Shown here in pieces: positions 27,638 through 41,532 of a DNA stretch of 64,000 nucleotides; position 1 is the stretch's first letter; each line of letters opens with the position of its first letter. This stretch comes from Octopus vulgaris (Eukaryota), in the NCBI GenBank assembly GCA_951406725.2, contig OX597817.1, forward strand, positions 136,834,001-136,898,000. Reading direction: 5' to 3'. Under the pieces are notes generated by a model that saw nothing but the letters and a program-made list of their open reading frames with translations, ran no database searches and was not told the origin of the DNA. The position numbers and the translations under genes are program-made.

Positions 27638-28194
27638 TTAATGTGCATTTAATATATGTTTCAAACATATTTCATGTATACTTAATTTATATTCTGTATA
27701 TGTTTATTAAAGTATATTTAACATTTTGGTTAGGTTTTTACCTGTTGCTAAACTTGAGTTATGTGAGCCTACTGTATGGCTGGTTGCTGTTTAAACTTTA
27801 AACACATGACTTTAGTCACTCTCAAACTTAAATCTTATTGTCTCTTTATTATATCTTATGTTTATTTATTTATGTAAATGATTGAGTTCATTTAATTTGT
27901 TATTCTTTTTTTTTTTACCTCTGTTACTTATCTCATTAATAGAATTTTTGTATTTTCATTATTGGGATCCTTCTTCACAGATTAGAGACATCATTTAGCT
28001 GCTGTAGATATAAATTAAATTATCCCCAAATAACTATTTACAGGAAAAGTCTAATTATATTCTTGCCAAGTTGATATGTACAACTGTTCTTGTGTGTGTA
28101 ATCATCATATATAGATATGTGCGTATATGAATATATGTGCTCATGTGTATGTGTATATATATATCTAGAGATATGTATATATGTGTGGTGTGTG

Positions 28195-28229
<35 letters not shown>

Positions 28230-29129
28230 GTCTTATATCTTCATATATTAATCATCATCGGCACCATCTTTTAATGTCCATGTTTCATATTAGCTTGAGT
28301 TGTATGATTTAACAAGATCCAGGGTCCAAGAACTGCATTATGTTTCGTTGTCTGATTTGGCATGATAGTTGCCAAAAGTCATGCACAATATAAGTTCAAT
28401 ACCCTCAGGAATTGTCAAAGACATGCTTTGATTTTTCTAAAATTCAATAAAATTGTTGAATATACACACTCACTTGTACACAATGAACAAAATGGATAAT
28501 AATAATATTCCTTTCTACTAAAGGTACAAGGCCTGAAATTTTTGAGGAGGGGCCTGGTCAATTACACCGACCCTAGTGTTTCATTGGTACTTAATTTATT
28601 GACCCCGAAAGGATAAAAAGCAAAGTCAACCTTGGTGGAATTTGAACTAATAACGTGAAGACAGACAAAATACTGCTAAGCATTTTGCCTGGCATGCTAA
28701 AGATTCTGCCATCTCACCACCTTAATCATAATGATGATAATAATTAATAAGTATAAAAGCCAGTTTAGAACAGTGTTATTGGGGACAGCCAGGATACTTA
28801 GTGGGGTTCCTGGTATCTAAGATTACTTGTTGTAGCCCAATGTTCGGAATTTTTCTTTCCCAAAAGTCTAATTTGTTTTGTGTATATGAATAATAATGAT
28901 GATGATGATAATAATAATTATAATAATTATAATGATAATAATAATAATGTAATATAAATAAAATGTCAAATGATTTGGTGTCTGACTTTTGGCCTGCCAT
29001 ATGTATGTATGTGTGTGTTTGCATTTATAAATGCACATATATATATATATATATATATATGCATACATATATGCATATACAAGAAGGAATGACAAGGGAA
29101 TAGATGTTATTGCTATATGATGTGGTGCA

Positions 29130-29498
29130 CTCATAGTTGAGTGCCTGATAGGGTTCCAGTTGATCCAATCAATGGAACAGCCTGCTCGTGAAATCAATGT
29201 GCAAGTGACTAAGCACTCCACAGACACGTGTAACCTTAACGTAGTTCTCAGGGAGATTCAGCGTGACGCAGAGTGTGGCAAGGCTGGCCCCTTTGAAAAT
29301 ACAGGTACAACAGAAACAGGAAGAAAGAGTGAGAGAAAGTTGAAAGAGTACAGCAGGGTTCGCTACAACCCCCTGGTGGAACCTTGTGGGACTTTAGGTG
29401 TTTCCGCTCAATAAACACTCACACGCCCGGTCTTGGAATTGAAACCATGATCTTACAACCACAAGTCCGCTGCTATAACCACTGAGTCATTACACCTC

Positions 29499-29500
<2 letters not shown>
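29130..29500 (-). mobile_element. tRNA-derived SINE, near full length; related fragments at about 300-520 (+) and 55410-55490
   Basis: Reverse strand begins gtaatgactcagtggtt...tttcaattcc (A/B boxes); 3' part gtgtctgtggagtgcttagtcacttgcacattgat is shared with the other copies. Confidence 0.7.
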
Positions 29501-29533
<33 letters not shown>

Positions 29534-31066
29534 GTGTGTATACATATAATCATCATCATCATCCTTTACCCTGCTGGCATGGGCAGAAGAAGTGCATCGG
29601 GTGCCAATGTGTCGCCCTGGCACATGTGCTTTTACATGACATCAACACCAGTTCTTTATACGTGGCAGCAGCATGTGCATATATATAAAAATTGGGGGAA
29701 TACAAACAGAGATAAAAAAGAAAAAAAAACTCAAATTATGAATCTACCCTTTTTTTTTAATATTTTATATTGATAGAAATTCTAAAGTCACTCAAGTAAC
29801 ATTGCATGAAACTCTTGGTCTTGGAGTCACTTTGTAAAGCTTTTCAGTTAAATTGTTTGTGTGTGTGTGTGCTCTGTGTTTATGTCTGTAATGGTGTGAA
29901 AAAACAGTGTTTCATGTTGTGTTGTTCTTAATTTTATGTCCTCTAACTTAACATTGTTAAATACAAATATGTGAACTAAGTGGCAAACCAAAATATACGC
30001 AAATGCTTTTCCCACTGATTAAAATGAATAAAATGTCTATAAAATATTGAAATCAATATCTTCATTTCCTCTGCTGTTACTCTGAGTTTTTGTGTTAAAG
30101 AAATTAAAATAGATTTCAGTGTAAGCCATTACTTTTGAACATTTTTATAAATGTTCTAAGGAAATGATAACTGCAACTAACTGCACTGACCTATATGGGA
30201 TATTTGTAAAGTATATGACATGTCTATTGTATTTAAACAAAAAGAAACAAAAAATATTTAGTGCACATTTGCAGTTTGTTAGCAGTGTGTGTGTATGTGT
30301 GGTGCTGCTTCAGTTTTTAATGGCGTTTTTCTAAAATTTTAATCAAATTGTATTATGAAAAATCAAATTAATAATGTTTTTAAGAAAAAAGAAAAATTAA
30401 TTTAATCTTTTTTTTGAAAAGAAAATCTGATTGAATTTTTTTTTTTGTAGATTTAACCTATACCAGTTTTCATAAAAAAAAAAGAAAAAAAAAACTTATG
30501 TCTATATTTGTTTTGGTAAATCTGTGTGTGTTTGTGTCTGTGAATATGTGTGTGTGTCTGGAAATTTATCATAAATTGAGAAAAAATTAATGATTAAAAA
30601 ACTTAAAGAATTCTTAATTTACAAAAAACCAAAAAATTAATTTTTTTGGTCAGTCAAGAATTGATACAATAATTTGATACATTGTTATTGTTAATTAGGC
30701 TATAGAATATTTAATTGAACTCTTTAATCACTTCCTTATTATCGCTGTCAATGATTTTGTCAAGTGGGATATACATCTCAGATTAAAAAATATTGGTTTT
30801 TAATCTATTTCTTACTCACTGGTGACATGACTGGTGACATTATGCTGCTGTTGCTGCTGCTGCTGTTGCCACTGCTGCTGCTGGGTTCCTTATTACTTTG
30901 GTCATGGTAAATTGCTCAGTTCTCTTAGCTGAACTTTGATAATTATAGTAATTAGATGATTATTATCAACAGCTATTAAAAAAAAAATTAAAACAAGCAT
31001 TAGAAATTAAAGAAATAAATGTATGTATGTATGTGTGTGTATATAAATATATATATGTATATACTC

Positions 31067-31119
<53 letters not shown>

Positions 31120-32713
31120 TGTAAAACTAATTTTTTGATTTAAAAATAAAGGTTAAACAATATGAAAACTTGCAGGTTATTTGAAGTTCTACATAAATAT
31201 TCCCAAATTATTTATTTCTACAATAATTTCTTGCCATGGAAACAGGATAAACATTATGTCTCTTTCAGTCAAGTTTATCTGAAATCCACTTTTTTTATTG
31301 TCACTCTTCCACCCAGACCACGACACCAAACCCTTCCACCCTGGCAACTTTTGGAATTCTCTCATTCACACTTTCCCTAAGACTGTTTCTATTCAACATC
31401 AACCCTATCAATTTTACCAGCTTCCAAGGACCTGCAATAATTAAGGGCACTGCCCCTTCCTTGCAGTTAAACCCTAAAACAAAAATGCAGAGTTTCTTAT
31501 ACATGAAAAACAATATCTTGCATGTTAAATAAGGATATCAGTGTGTGTATGAAGATTTATGTGTGTGGTTTTATGTTTTGAAACATTTTCGTTTTTTCCT
31601 TCTTCATATTTTCTGTAGACAAATATCAGATGGAAATCCAATGTTTGTCTACACAATAGTTTTATGATTGTGTGTCATTTTGAATAGAGGCCAGCTTCAG
31701 TACCTACTGGGGATACCCTGGGATGATGTTGCTTCTACCCTCACCTACATATTGTGTGTGTGTAAAAACAAAGTATGTAGAGATTCTTAATTGCTGTACA
31801 TTTGGTGAATTTGAAAACATGAACGGTCCATGGAAGTTGTGGGTGGTTTGATGGATAGACCTTGTTAATTGTATATCCAGATGTGAAGGTAATGATCAGT
31901 TAAACAGATTGGGGAATATTGTTGTGTGTGAGCAAGAGTGAGAGAGACTGCTTTGGTGTTGTTGGTGTTCCACAAAGATCTATATTTGCCAAAATCTGGT
32001 GTTAACTCTTAAACACTTTAGATTTAGCTTGAAAACTTATTTCAAATTTACCTTCAGTAGCACCTTTAATTTACTGCCATCAATTTTTGAGTGTGTCTGT
32101 GCTAGCAGTAGAATTATTAAATAAGTCTCCATTTTAAACAGTTTTTCTCTCCAGTTTTAGGGTTGCTATTGTGAATGGATGCTGCAAGCAGATAAAAAAA
32201 AATGTTTTAGGTAGATTTTGGAATTCTTCAATTCTTAGTATTTATCTTCAGAAATATATGTAGCAGCGTGTGTGTGTGAGTGTGTGTTTGTACCAGAATA
32301 AGCACATAAGTGTGAAACAAGGTGGCAAAAATAGTACATGAATACTGGAGGTAGAGTAATATATTTTATTGATAAAGTAAGTATATATATATATATATAT
32401 ATATACACATACATCTATATATATATATGTGTGTGTGTGTGTGTTTATATATATATATATATATATTCACCGTTTAATGTCCACTTTCCATGTTAGCATG
32501 GGTTGGACAAATGACAGAGGGCTGGCAAACCAGATGGCTGCACCAGGCTTCAATCTTGATCTGGCAGAGTTTCAACTGCTGGATGCCCTTCCTAATTCGA
32601 AGTGGTTGGCACTCCGAGTGTAGTGGGTGCTTTTATGTACCACTGTTACTGGCAACGGCCTCACTCAAATCTTTTACACATGCCACCAGCACAGGTGCCA
32701 GTAAGGCGATGCT

Positions 32714-33322
<609 letters not shown>

Positions 33323-34092
33323 CGAAATCACTAAGATGATCCGGTTCCCGACTGAAGATTAGAGGCTTTGAGTGACCCGTCGGTTTTTTGTGTCGTCTCC
33401 TTGTGTGTTTTTGTGTTCTTGTCCCACTTTGTAATTTATATTTTATATTAAATTCTATATACCCGGATATGTCTCTGCAAACAATAACTCTCTGCTCGAA
33501 TGGGCCTTGGTGCCCAAATCCTGAACTGAAAGACTTTGCCAGGTGGTGCTATTAAGTTAGACATGGCCTGGGCCAATACTGGCCAAAAACCTTTCTAAGT
33601 TATTCTAAGTTATATATATATATATGTATATATATATATACATACATGTGTATGTATATATATATATATACATATACATGTATATGTATAAATATATATA
33701 TATACACATGTGTGTGTGTGTTCTAATGTACAAAATACTGATATATATATATATATATTCAAATATAAAATAGAAGCAGCACTAGCGTAATAAAACCTTA
33801 TCACACCCACATATACTTGACGTATATATGTCATATATTTGCTGGTAAACAGGGATTTGGGATGTTGGAGAATACTCTATCGCAAAGGGCCAGGTTTTTT
33901 AAACACCTGAAAGTCACGGACTGGCAAGATAACTCACCTGTCCATGACTTTCAGATTTCTTTTGATTCCCTGTGCTTTGAGAGAGTAATCTCCACCATGC
34001 CAGATTGCAGCCTACCTACAAATACATGATGCATATACGTTTAGTATGTACGGTTGATTACATACATACATATCTATCTATCTATCTATCTA

Positions 34093-34135
<43 letters not shown>

Positions 34136-35023
34136 ATGTATGTATATACTCCTGTAGATGTGGCTGTGTGGTAAAAACCTTGCTTCCCAACCACGTGGTT
34201 CCAGGCTTAGTTTCACTGCATGGGTCAACCAAAACCTTGGATTCGGTAGATGGAAACTGAAAGAATATATGTATGTATATATTTGTGTGTCTGCGTTTGT
34301 CCCTCTACCATCATTTGGCAACTGATTTTGGTGTGTTTATGCACCCCATAACTTGGCAGTTTGGCAAACAAGACTGATAGAATAAGTCCAGGGTCGATTT
34401 CTTTGACCATGTTCCAGCATGGCCACAGTCCAAATGACTGAAACAAGTAAAAGAATAAAAGAATACAAAAACAAACACATGCATGCATGTGCACACACGT
34501 GTGTGTGTGTGTGTGTGTGTTGGTAGCTTGTATCACACTTTTGTCCGTTGTTTCAGATGCCTTTGTAGCTATTAGCAAATGTTGACTTCCTCTTGCTGGA
34601 ACATAGCAAATGTGACAAATGAAAACAGAGAGAGAGAAAGAGTTGCCCCCAGCATTTAGTCGGTAGACAGTTTCTGCTGAGTTGGCTGGAGCCACATGAA
34701 GTAACTTGCTTAAATACGCGATGAACCACCCAGTCCAGGGACTGAACCTGAAACCCTTTGATCTCGAACCCTAACCACTAGACTACATGAATTTCTGCAC
34801 GTGCACATAATATATTGTCATTGAAAAAATCTGTTTAAAATGTTTACTGTTGAATACTGGGTGTTTTGCATTAGATTCTTTGGAATAAATATTCCAACTA
34901 GCTTTAACTTGTATTGTTTTTCGGAACTGATTGTTATTCCAGCCACAGCTTAAGTTTTACTTACAATTACCTATCTATTTATGTATTTTACCTTGTTTTC
35001 TCTTTATTTTTTTTATTCACCTA

Positions 35024-35069
<46 letters not shown>

Positions 35070-38000
35070 TATTTTGCAAAATAAAAGATATTGGTTATTT
35101 TTGTTAATTTAGATTAGGTTGATATAGCTATTATCTATCAACAATAAGTAGATTTTGTAAATTAGTTTTGTGTGTGTGTGTGTGTGGTGTGTATGTGTGT
35201 GGTTTAGGTTTTGTTTCATGAAAAATCTTAAATCATAATATCTTTCCTTTGCACCCCCCCTTTCATCAATGTATTAAAAATTGTGTACATATTTGTGATA
35301 TATATTAATGTTCTCACTTAATTTCTGTCAGTGGACTGGCTTCATCTTCAGTATCACCACCTCTACCATCACTATCCCTCATCATCATCATCATCATTGT
35401 TATCACTATCGCCAACACCACCATCAGCATCACCACTACCATTACTTTTACTACAACTACTACTACTTCTGTTGTTGCTACTACCACTATGACTGCTACA
35501 GTAAAATGATAACTACACCAACCACAAGTGCCACCTTAAGACAATTGTAACCACCACCACCACCTCCATCACCACTCCGTCACCTCACCATGATGACCAT
35601 CATCATCATCATCATTACTGCTACACCACCACCACCTCCAACAACAACAACAACCAACAAGAGTTAATGAGAGAGCAAGGGAGACTGTACATAGTTGCTT
35701 GACTTACTAGAAAGAGCAGCATGCTCTCCTTCAAATCACACCTACTGTTTTTAGTAAAATGGGTTACATTGGGCAAAATAAGTTCTTGATATTTGTAAAG
35801 AAAGGATGATCACAGTTGGATCACCTTTGATGATTGGTCTGCTCAGGTAGCACTAAGACCTGGGGCTAAATAACAACAAGAAGCTTTGTTAATATATTCT
35901 AAAACATCAACCCTAATTCTATCAACCATTCTCACTGTTCTCTCATCCTTAATAACAATATTAATTACTACTGCCACCACCACCACCACCACAATCATAA
36001 TAATCATTAAATAATGTGATATTTAACTAAATATCACTTTTCGTCTATTCAGTGAAAACTGTATAATTTAGTCCATGTCAGAGCAAAATTGGTCAGAATG
36101 GAAACTACGACACCAACTGACAATAATCAATAGACAGATTTTGGACAGTGGAACTTCTCACCGTTCTTCACCACCACTGCCCACTTCTCTATTTTGTACT
36201 ACACAGTATGGCAACAAATAATCAATACAAGTGTACAGATTTCTTTCCCCAACCCAACTTTGCCTCTCACCTCTCTCTCTCTCTGTCTCTCTCCTTTCTC
36301 CTCTGTAGACATAAGAATTTCTGATAAGACTGGCTTATTTCTTTACTCTCTCTCTTCCTCTCTCTCTCTCTCTCTGCTTTCTAAAGGAATCAAGTTGAGT
36401 GAGTGTGAAAGGTTTCACTGACGATGCAACAGCAGGCCAGCAATGGAGTGGTTTGCAAGTGAACTGACCAGTAAAAACACGACACTAAACAAATACATAA
36501 GCTTGTGTTCCGGTTCTTTTTTTTTTTCCTTCATCTTTTGCAAACATTGAAAATCTGCTGGTACAACCCCCTCCTCACCATCGCCATCCCCATCCTTTCT
36601 GGTTTGGGGAGCAAACCCTATCCAATGGCATCTGTTTTTACTGATTGTCATCCACACAGCACTCTCAGAATGAGAGTTGTGTTTGCAGAGATCCTGCAAT
36701 CAAACAGACATGATTCTGATGTGATTGAGCTCTTTCCTTCCTTAGATCAGCTTATTCAACCATCTGTGAGGAATTCTAAATATTGGTTAGTCTTACAAAC
36801 TAAAACATATTTTGTCAGTCAATACTCTACTGAATTGTGTTTAGGCCGAGTTAATTTCTCCAGTCGAAAATGTAAATGATTTTGGCGTTTCGTAAACAAA
36901 TCGAAGCAACAGTGATAAGCAGCAGGGACTGGGTAAATAAAGTTGAGCAAACGAACGCGATGGTGTTATTCAAGTGAAATTTCAGAATAGAATCATAGAT
37001 TCTGATTCAAGGATTCCTGACCACTCCTATGGGAAAGAGGGGAGAAAGAAAGCGAGAAGGTTAGAGGGAGTTGGGGGTAGAAATGGACAGAAGAGACTGC
37101 ATAGAAACTGACTGTGATTTTAGCATGAGAACGAGAGGGAGAAGAGGAAGAAGAAGAATTGAGATGGAGGTTAGTTATTGTGGGTTTTATGGAGATTTTG
37201 AAAGATAGAGAATAAGAATAGCTAAGGCAGGTGAGATGGGAAAGATAGGGGTATGTGTGAAGAAAGTTGGGTGGGGGGGTGACATTGATTATACAATGTT
37301 TGTTATGTGTGGGTTGAGGTGATGGTCGTTGTAAAGGTTATATAACCAACAACATTAACACCAATGTAACAGCAGTTTACTTTCTCCAGAAATTGGTTTG
37401 TTGGATGCTGGACAATCCGTAAACCATGACCACCCATACCACACCTACAAACCAATTCCACCACCACCACCACACACTTCAATTACAATCACTCCTTTTA
37501 TCTATCACCAGTGACAACTATGACCACATAATAATAATCATCATCATCACCATCATTGTTAGAATACAATATCTCAGGATATTCTTATATTCTCTGTATT
37601 GTTTGAGTGTGTGTTGTGTATCAATCATTTTGTTGTATTGGTTCAGTATAAAGTGTCACATCAATGGAAGGGAAGTGTTATTATTTACTAACACACACAC
37701 ACACACACATATATATACAGTCATGTGACATGGCACCTCATCAATGCCACCATGTGTCTTTCTATCCTAACCTAACAATACCATTGACAATTAACCTCTT
37801 ATGCAGCTTCTCCAAACCCCTTTTGTTATTATATGTATATCCAGGTTCCTTGTGATATTATTATATATATCCATGTTTCTGTGTAATATCATATACTCAT
37901 ACATCTGTGTAGCATTACTACATATCCATGTTCCTCTATATCATTTATTATTATATGTCCACATAACATTATCCTTCAGTGTCTGTGTATATAACAAATT

Positions 38001-38293
38001 TCTTCTTCTATAAGACTATATATTAGCCTGAATTTACGAATAACTGCGTTCAAACATTTACATGAAAATTCCTGCTTCTGATATGTATGCATGTGTTGGT
38101 TCAAATCCCAGTGCTGCCAGGACAACTTTTTTATATTGATGTGGGTGTAGCTGTGTGATTGAGATGTTTGCTTCCCAACCACATGGTTTTAGGTTCAGTC
38201 CCATTGCATGACACCTTGGGCATTTGTTTTCCACTATTGTTTTGGTGCAGTCATTTATAAGTGGATTTGGTAGACAGAAACTGAAAGAAGCCC

Positions 38294-38333
<40 letters not shown>

Positions 38334-38960
38334 TCCTTGTTTTAACATTACATGGGTGTTATAAATGAATAGCATTCATCATCATCGTTTAACGTCTGCT
38401 TTCCATGCTGTCATGGGTCATTTCCAATATTATGTGAAAGCATATCTGTCCATGGGGAAATGTTTCCTTGCTTGGGAACAGGTGAGGGTTGGGAACAGGA
38501 AAGGCATCTGGCCATAGAGAACATGCCTTGATTAACTCTCACTGACCCATGCAAGTATGGAAAAGCGACTTGGCGCTAATGGCATCTCACCACTTATTCT
38601 AGTGAAACAGTGTGTATATTTACACACACACACACACACACACACAACTTTGTTCAGTTTCCATTTACCAAATTCACTCACAAGGCATCGATCAGTTGAA
38701 GGTTATAATAGAAGGCACTTGCCCTGGGTGCCATGCCATGGGACAAACCTTAAAGCACATGGTTGTAAAACAGTGGTTAGGTGAATATGTACGTGAGGCA
38801 GGGTTTTAGGGCTAGATATTGCTCCCTCACCAGCCTTTACCAGTTTTTCAAGTAAGGGATCTTTTTTTTATTCTACATGCCTTTGACAGCACCAGTCATG
38901 TCAACAGGAAATGTAAACATGATATCAATGTTTCAATCAAGCAAAGCTCTAAGATGACAA

Positions 38961-38995
<35 letters not shown>

Positions 38996-39588
38996 GTGTG
39001 TATGTGGACACCTTGCTGTTTTCCCACAGTTCCTGTTTTACCAAATTCACTCAACATTGAATTTTACTTCTGCCTGAATGGGTTGGATAGGTCTGCTTCA
39101 TTACAGCACCACACCACCTCTTATCCTCCATTAATATCTTCTTTTCTGAATTTCACAATTATGTGATCAGCATTCAGTTTTGTTTTTGTTTTTTCTTTTC
39201 TGTTTTTCTGTTTCACAGGTTCCCTCCTTATTAATCACTTGTCACTTTTTACCCAGTTATCTTCCCTACATTAGCTCATTCTTTTTCTGAAGATGTAATT
39301 TCTCTTGCATCTACAGTTTTTACTCAACTCATTTCTGCTCCATCTTTCATGCACTTTTGCATTACACATCTACTGCACCCATTGCACATACACATTCAAT
39401 ACTGTTCATGTTTCACACCAATGCAACATTGAGTTTTGTATGCAAGTGTTATATGATCTTCCCTTCACTCAAACTGAGAGTTCATTTGTTGGCAGCTTGT
39501 GTGCGTGCATGTGTGTGCATCCATCCATCTATCTATATGCACACGTAAATACTTAAAATTTTGTTTTGTTATCTTCTTCCTACCACAG

Positions 39589-39822
39589 CGGCTATGAGTC
39601 CAGCAGAGATCCAGCAGTTATGGAAGGAAGTCGCTTCTCAGTCTGGGATTGATGGTTCTGTTGATTCTAAAAACCACCTAAATGGTATGGCCACACTTGC
39701 CACAAGTGTGGCTCAGGCAGCTGCTGTGGCAGCAGCTTCTGTTACATCGGCTTCTATGAATCCTTTACTCCAAACCTCTTCTTACCTCACTAATGGCATT
39801 CCTGATGGTTACCTGTTATCAG
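39589..39822 (+). CDS. FoxP: FoxP coding exon C (234 nt, phase 1-1): (T)AMSPAEIQQLWKEVASQSG...GYLLS
   Basis: ttcctaccacag acceptor; TCAG|GTGAGT donor at 39823; contains the FoxP signature SPAEIQQLWKEV. Confidence 0.95.
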
Positions 39823-41381
39823 GTGAGTTTTCTTTCAATTTACCAAAGTCTTCATTATCTAATAGTCTTAGCAATATATATATTGTCTTTTACTTTATGT
39901 TTCTTTGCCACAATTTAAATCTTTTTGTATTTTTAGAGTCTCCCACCTTCTTAAATTTCTATTAGAAATAACTAAACAGATCTATGGCCATTTGTGTATA
40001 TTCACTGACCAGTTCCTTAGCAGCAGACATTCTCCTATATTCTGTCTTTATTGTGATAAATCTTGTACTGTGACACACACAGACACACACACACACACAC
40101 TCTCCCTCTCTCATAATTTGGTATAACCTTTCTAACCTCAGCAACATTCACTGTTACTATCATCATCTTCATTTAACATTTGCTTTCCATGCTGGCATGG
40201 GTTGGACGGTTTGACTGAGTGCTGGTGAGCCAGAAGGCTGCACCAGTCTCTAATGTGATCTGGCAGAGTTTCTACAGCTGGATGCCTTCCTAATGCCAAA
40301 CACTCCAAGAGTGTAGTGGGTGCTTTTACGTACCTCCGGCATGAGGGCCAGTCAGGTGGTACTGGCATTGGCCACGCTCAAATGGTGCTTTTTACGTGCC
40401 TCCTGCACAGGAGTCAGTCTGGTGGCACTGGCAATGACCACACTCAAATGGTGCTTTTTTTTTTATGTACCACCGGCACGGGAGCCAGTCAGTGGCCCTG
40501 GTAATGATCACACTCGAATAGTGCTTTTAACGTTCCACTGACACGGGTGCCACATTCCACGTGCAATATGTATGTATATTGTATCATCTTTTATATCCTA
40601 TGTTTCCATACTTTAGTCTTCAAATTATGTGACATTTTTTGTCATGCCCCTCCATATAACACACTCCTATATTACATATCCCCATTTAATATCTGTTCAA
40701 ATATTTATACTGTATCTGTGTAACATTCCAGCAATGTTTTATCCTATTTTGTAACATGTGTCTGGTATATTCTTTTGTATAACATGACCTCAATGTTGTC
40801 TTTTTCTTTGTGACACCACATCTCTCCCATGTTACAGACTTCATCTATTATTTTTTAATGTAATCTATCAATTAAATCTCTCTAAAAATCTGTAAACCAC
40901 ACACATTCTAAAAAAGGAAGAGAATCTCAGGTTTTACAACATATTACAGGCTCCATGTAAGAGAAAACTGTTATATTTCTGTCACAAATGTTGGCTCCAA
41001 ACTTTGGTAAAAGGTCAACAATTTTGGGGGAGGGGTTAAGTTGATTATGTGGACCTCAGTACTTGACTGGTACTTATTTCATTGACCCTTTGAAAGGATG
41101 AAAAGCAAAGTCAACCTCTGTGGAATTTGAATTCAGAATGTAAAGAGAAATGAAATTCTGCTAAACATTTTGTTTCAACATGCTGACAATTCTGCCATCT
41201 CACTTGCCTTGTTTGTGCCACTACCATTCAAGTTTCAAATCCTGGAGTTTGCACCATTTTTGATATCTTTTCTTTCTGTGACTTTTGATTTTATCCAAAA
41301 CAAACTTCATGTTTATTAATTAACTTTCTTCTTCAAATGCCAAGAAATCAACATTTAATTTCTGCTGCTGTTTTTCTTCAG

Positions 41382-41532
41382 GTGGTCTTGGTGGTAGTCT
41401 ATTGAATCAGTCGGCTGTTAGCATTAAACAGGAGCAGGAAGCGTCTAGTCCATCGCACCCACTTTTCCGACATGGTGTTTGTAAATGGCCGGGCTGTGAT
41501 ACGCCAAATGAAGACTTTCCTTCCTTCATTAA
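41382..41532 (+). CDS. FoxP: FoxP coding exon D (151 nt, phase 1-2): [50 protein letters not shown](K), first half of the C2H2 zinc finger
   Basis: tttttcttcag acceptor; AA|GTAAGT donor at 41533; HGVCKWPGC is the FoxP zinc-finger motif. Not in the ORF track; read by hand. Confidence 0.96.

Noticed and set aside
33345-33430. CGACTGAAGA motif (inverted relative at about 54870-54910) as a hammerhead
   Set aside because: Second core box and stems cannot be identified; treated as an unclassified repeat fragment
36424-36462. ATG-initiated MQQQASNGVVCK as an alternative first coding exon
   Set aside because: Stops after 12 codons and has no convincing phase-1 donor to join exon C
40315-40550. Regularly spaced gtgctttttacgtgcc units resembling a CRISPR array
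   Set aside because: Internal sub-repeats of the retroposon; the spacers are homologous to each other, the context is eukaryotic and there are no cas genes
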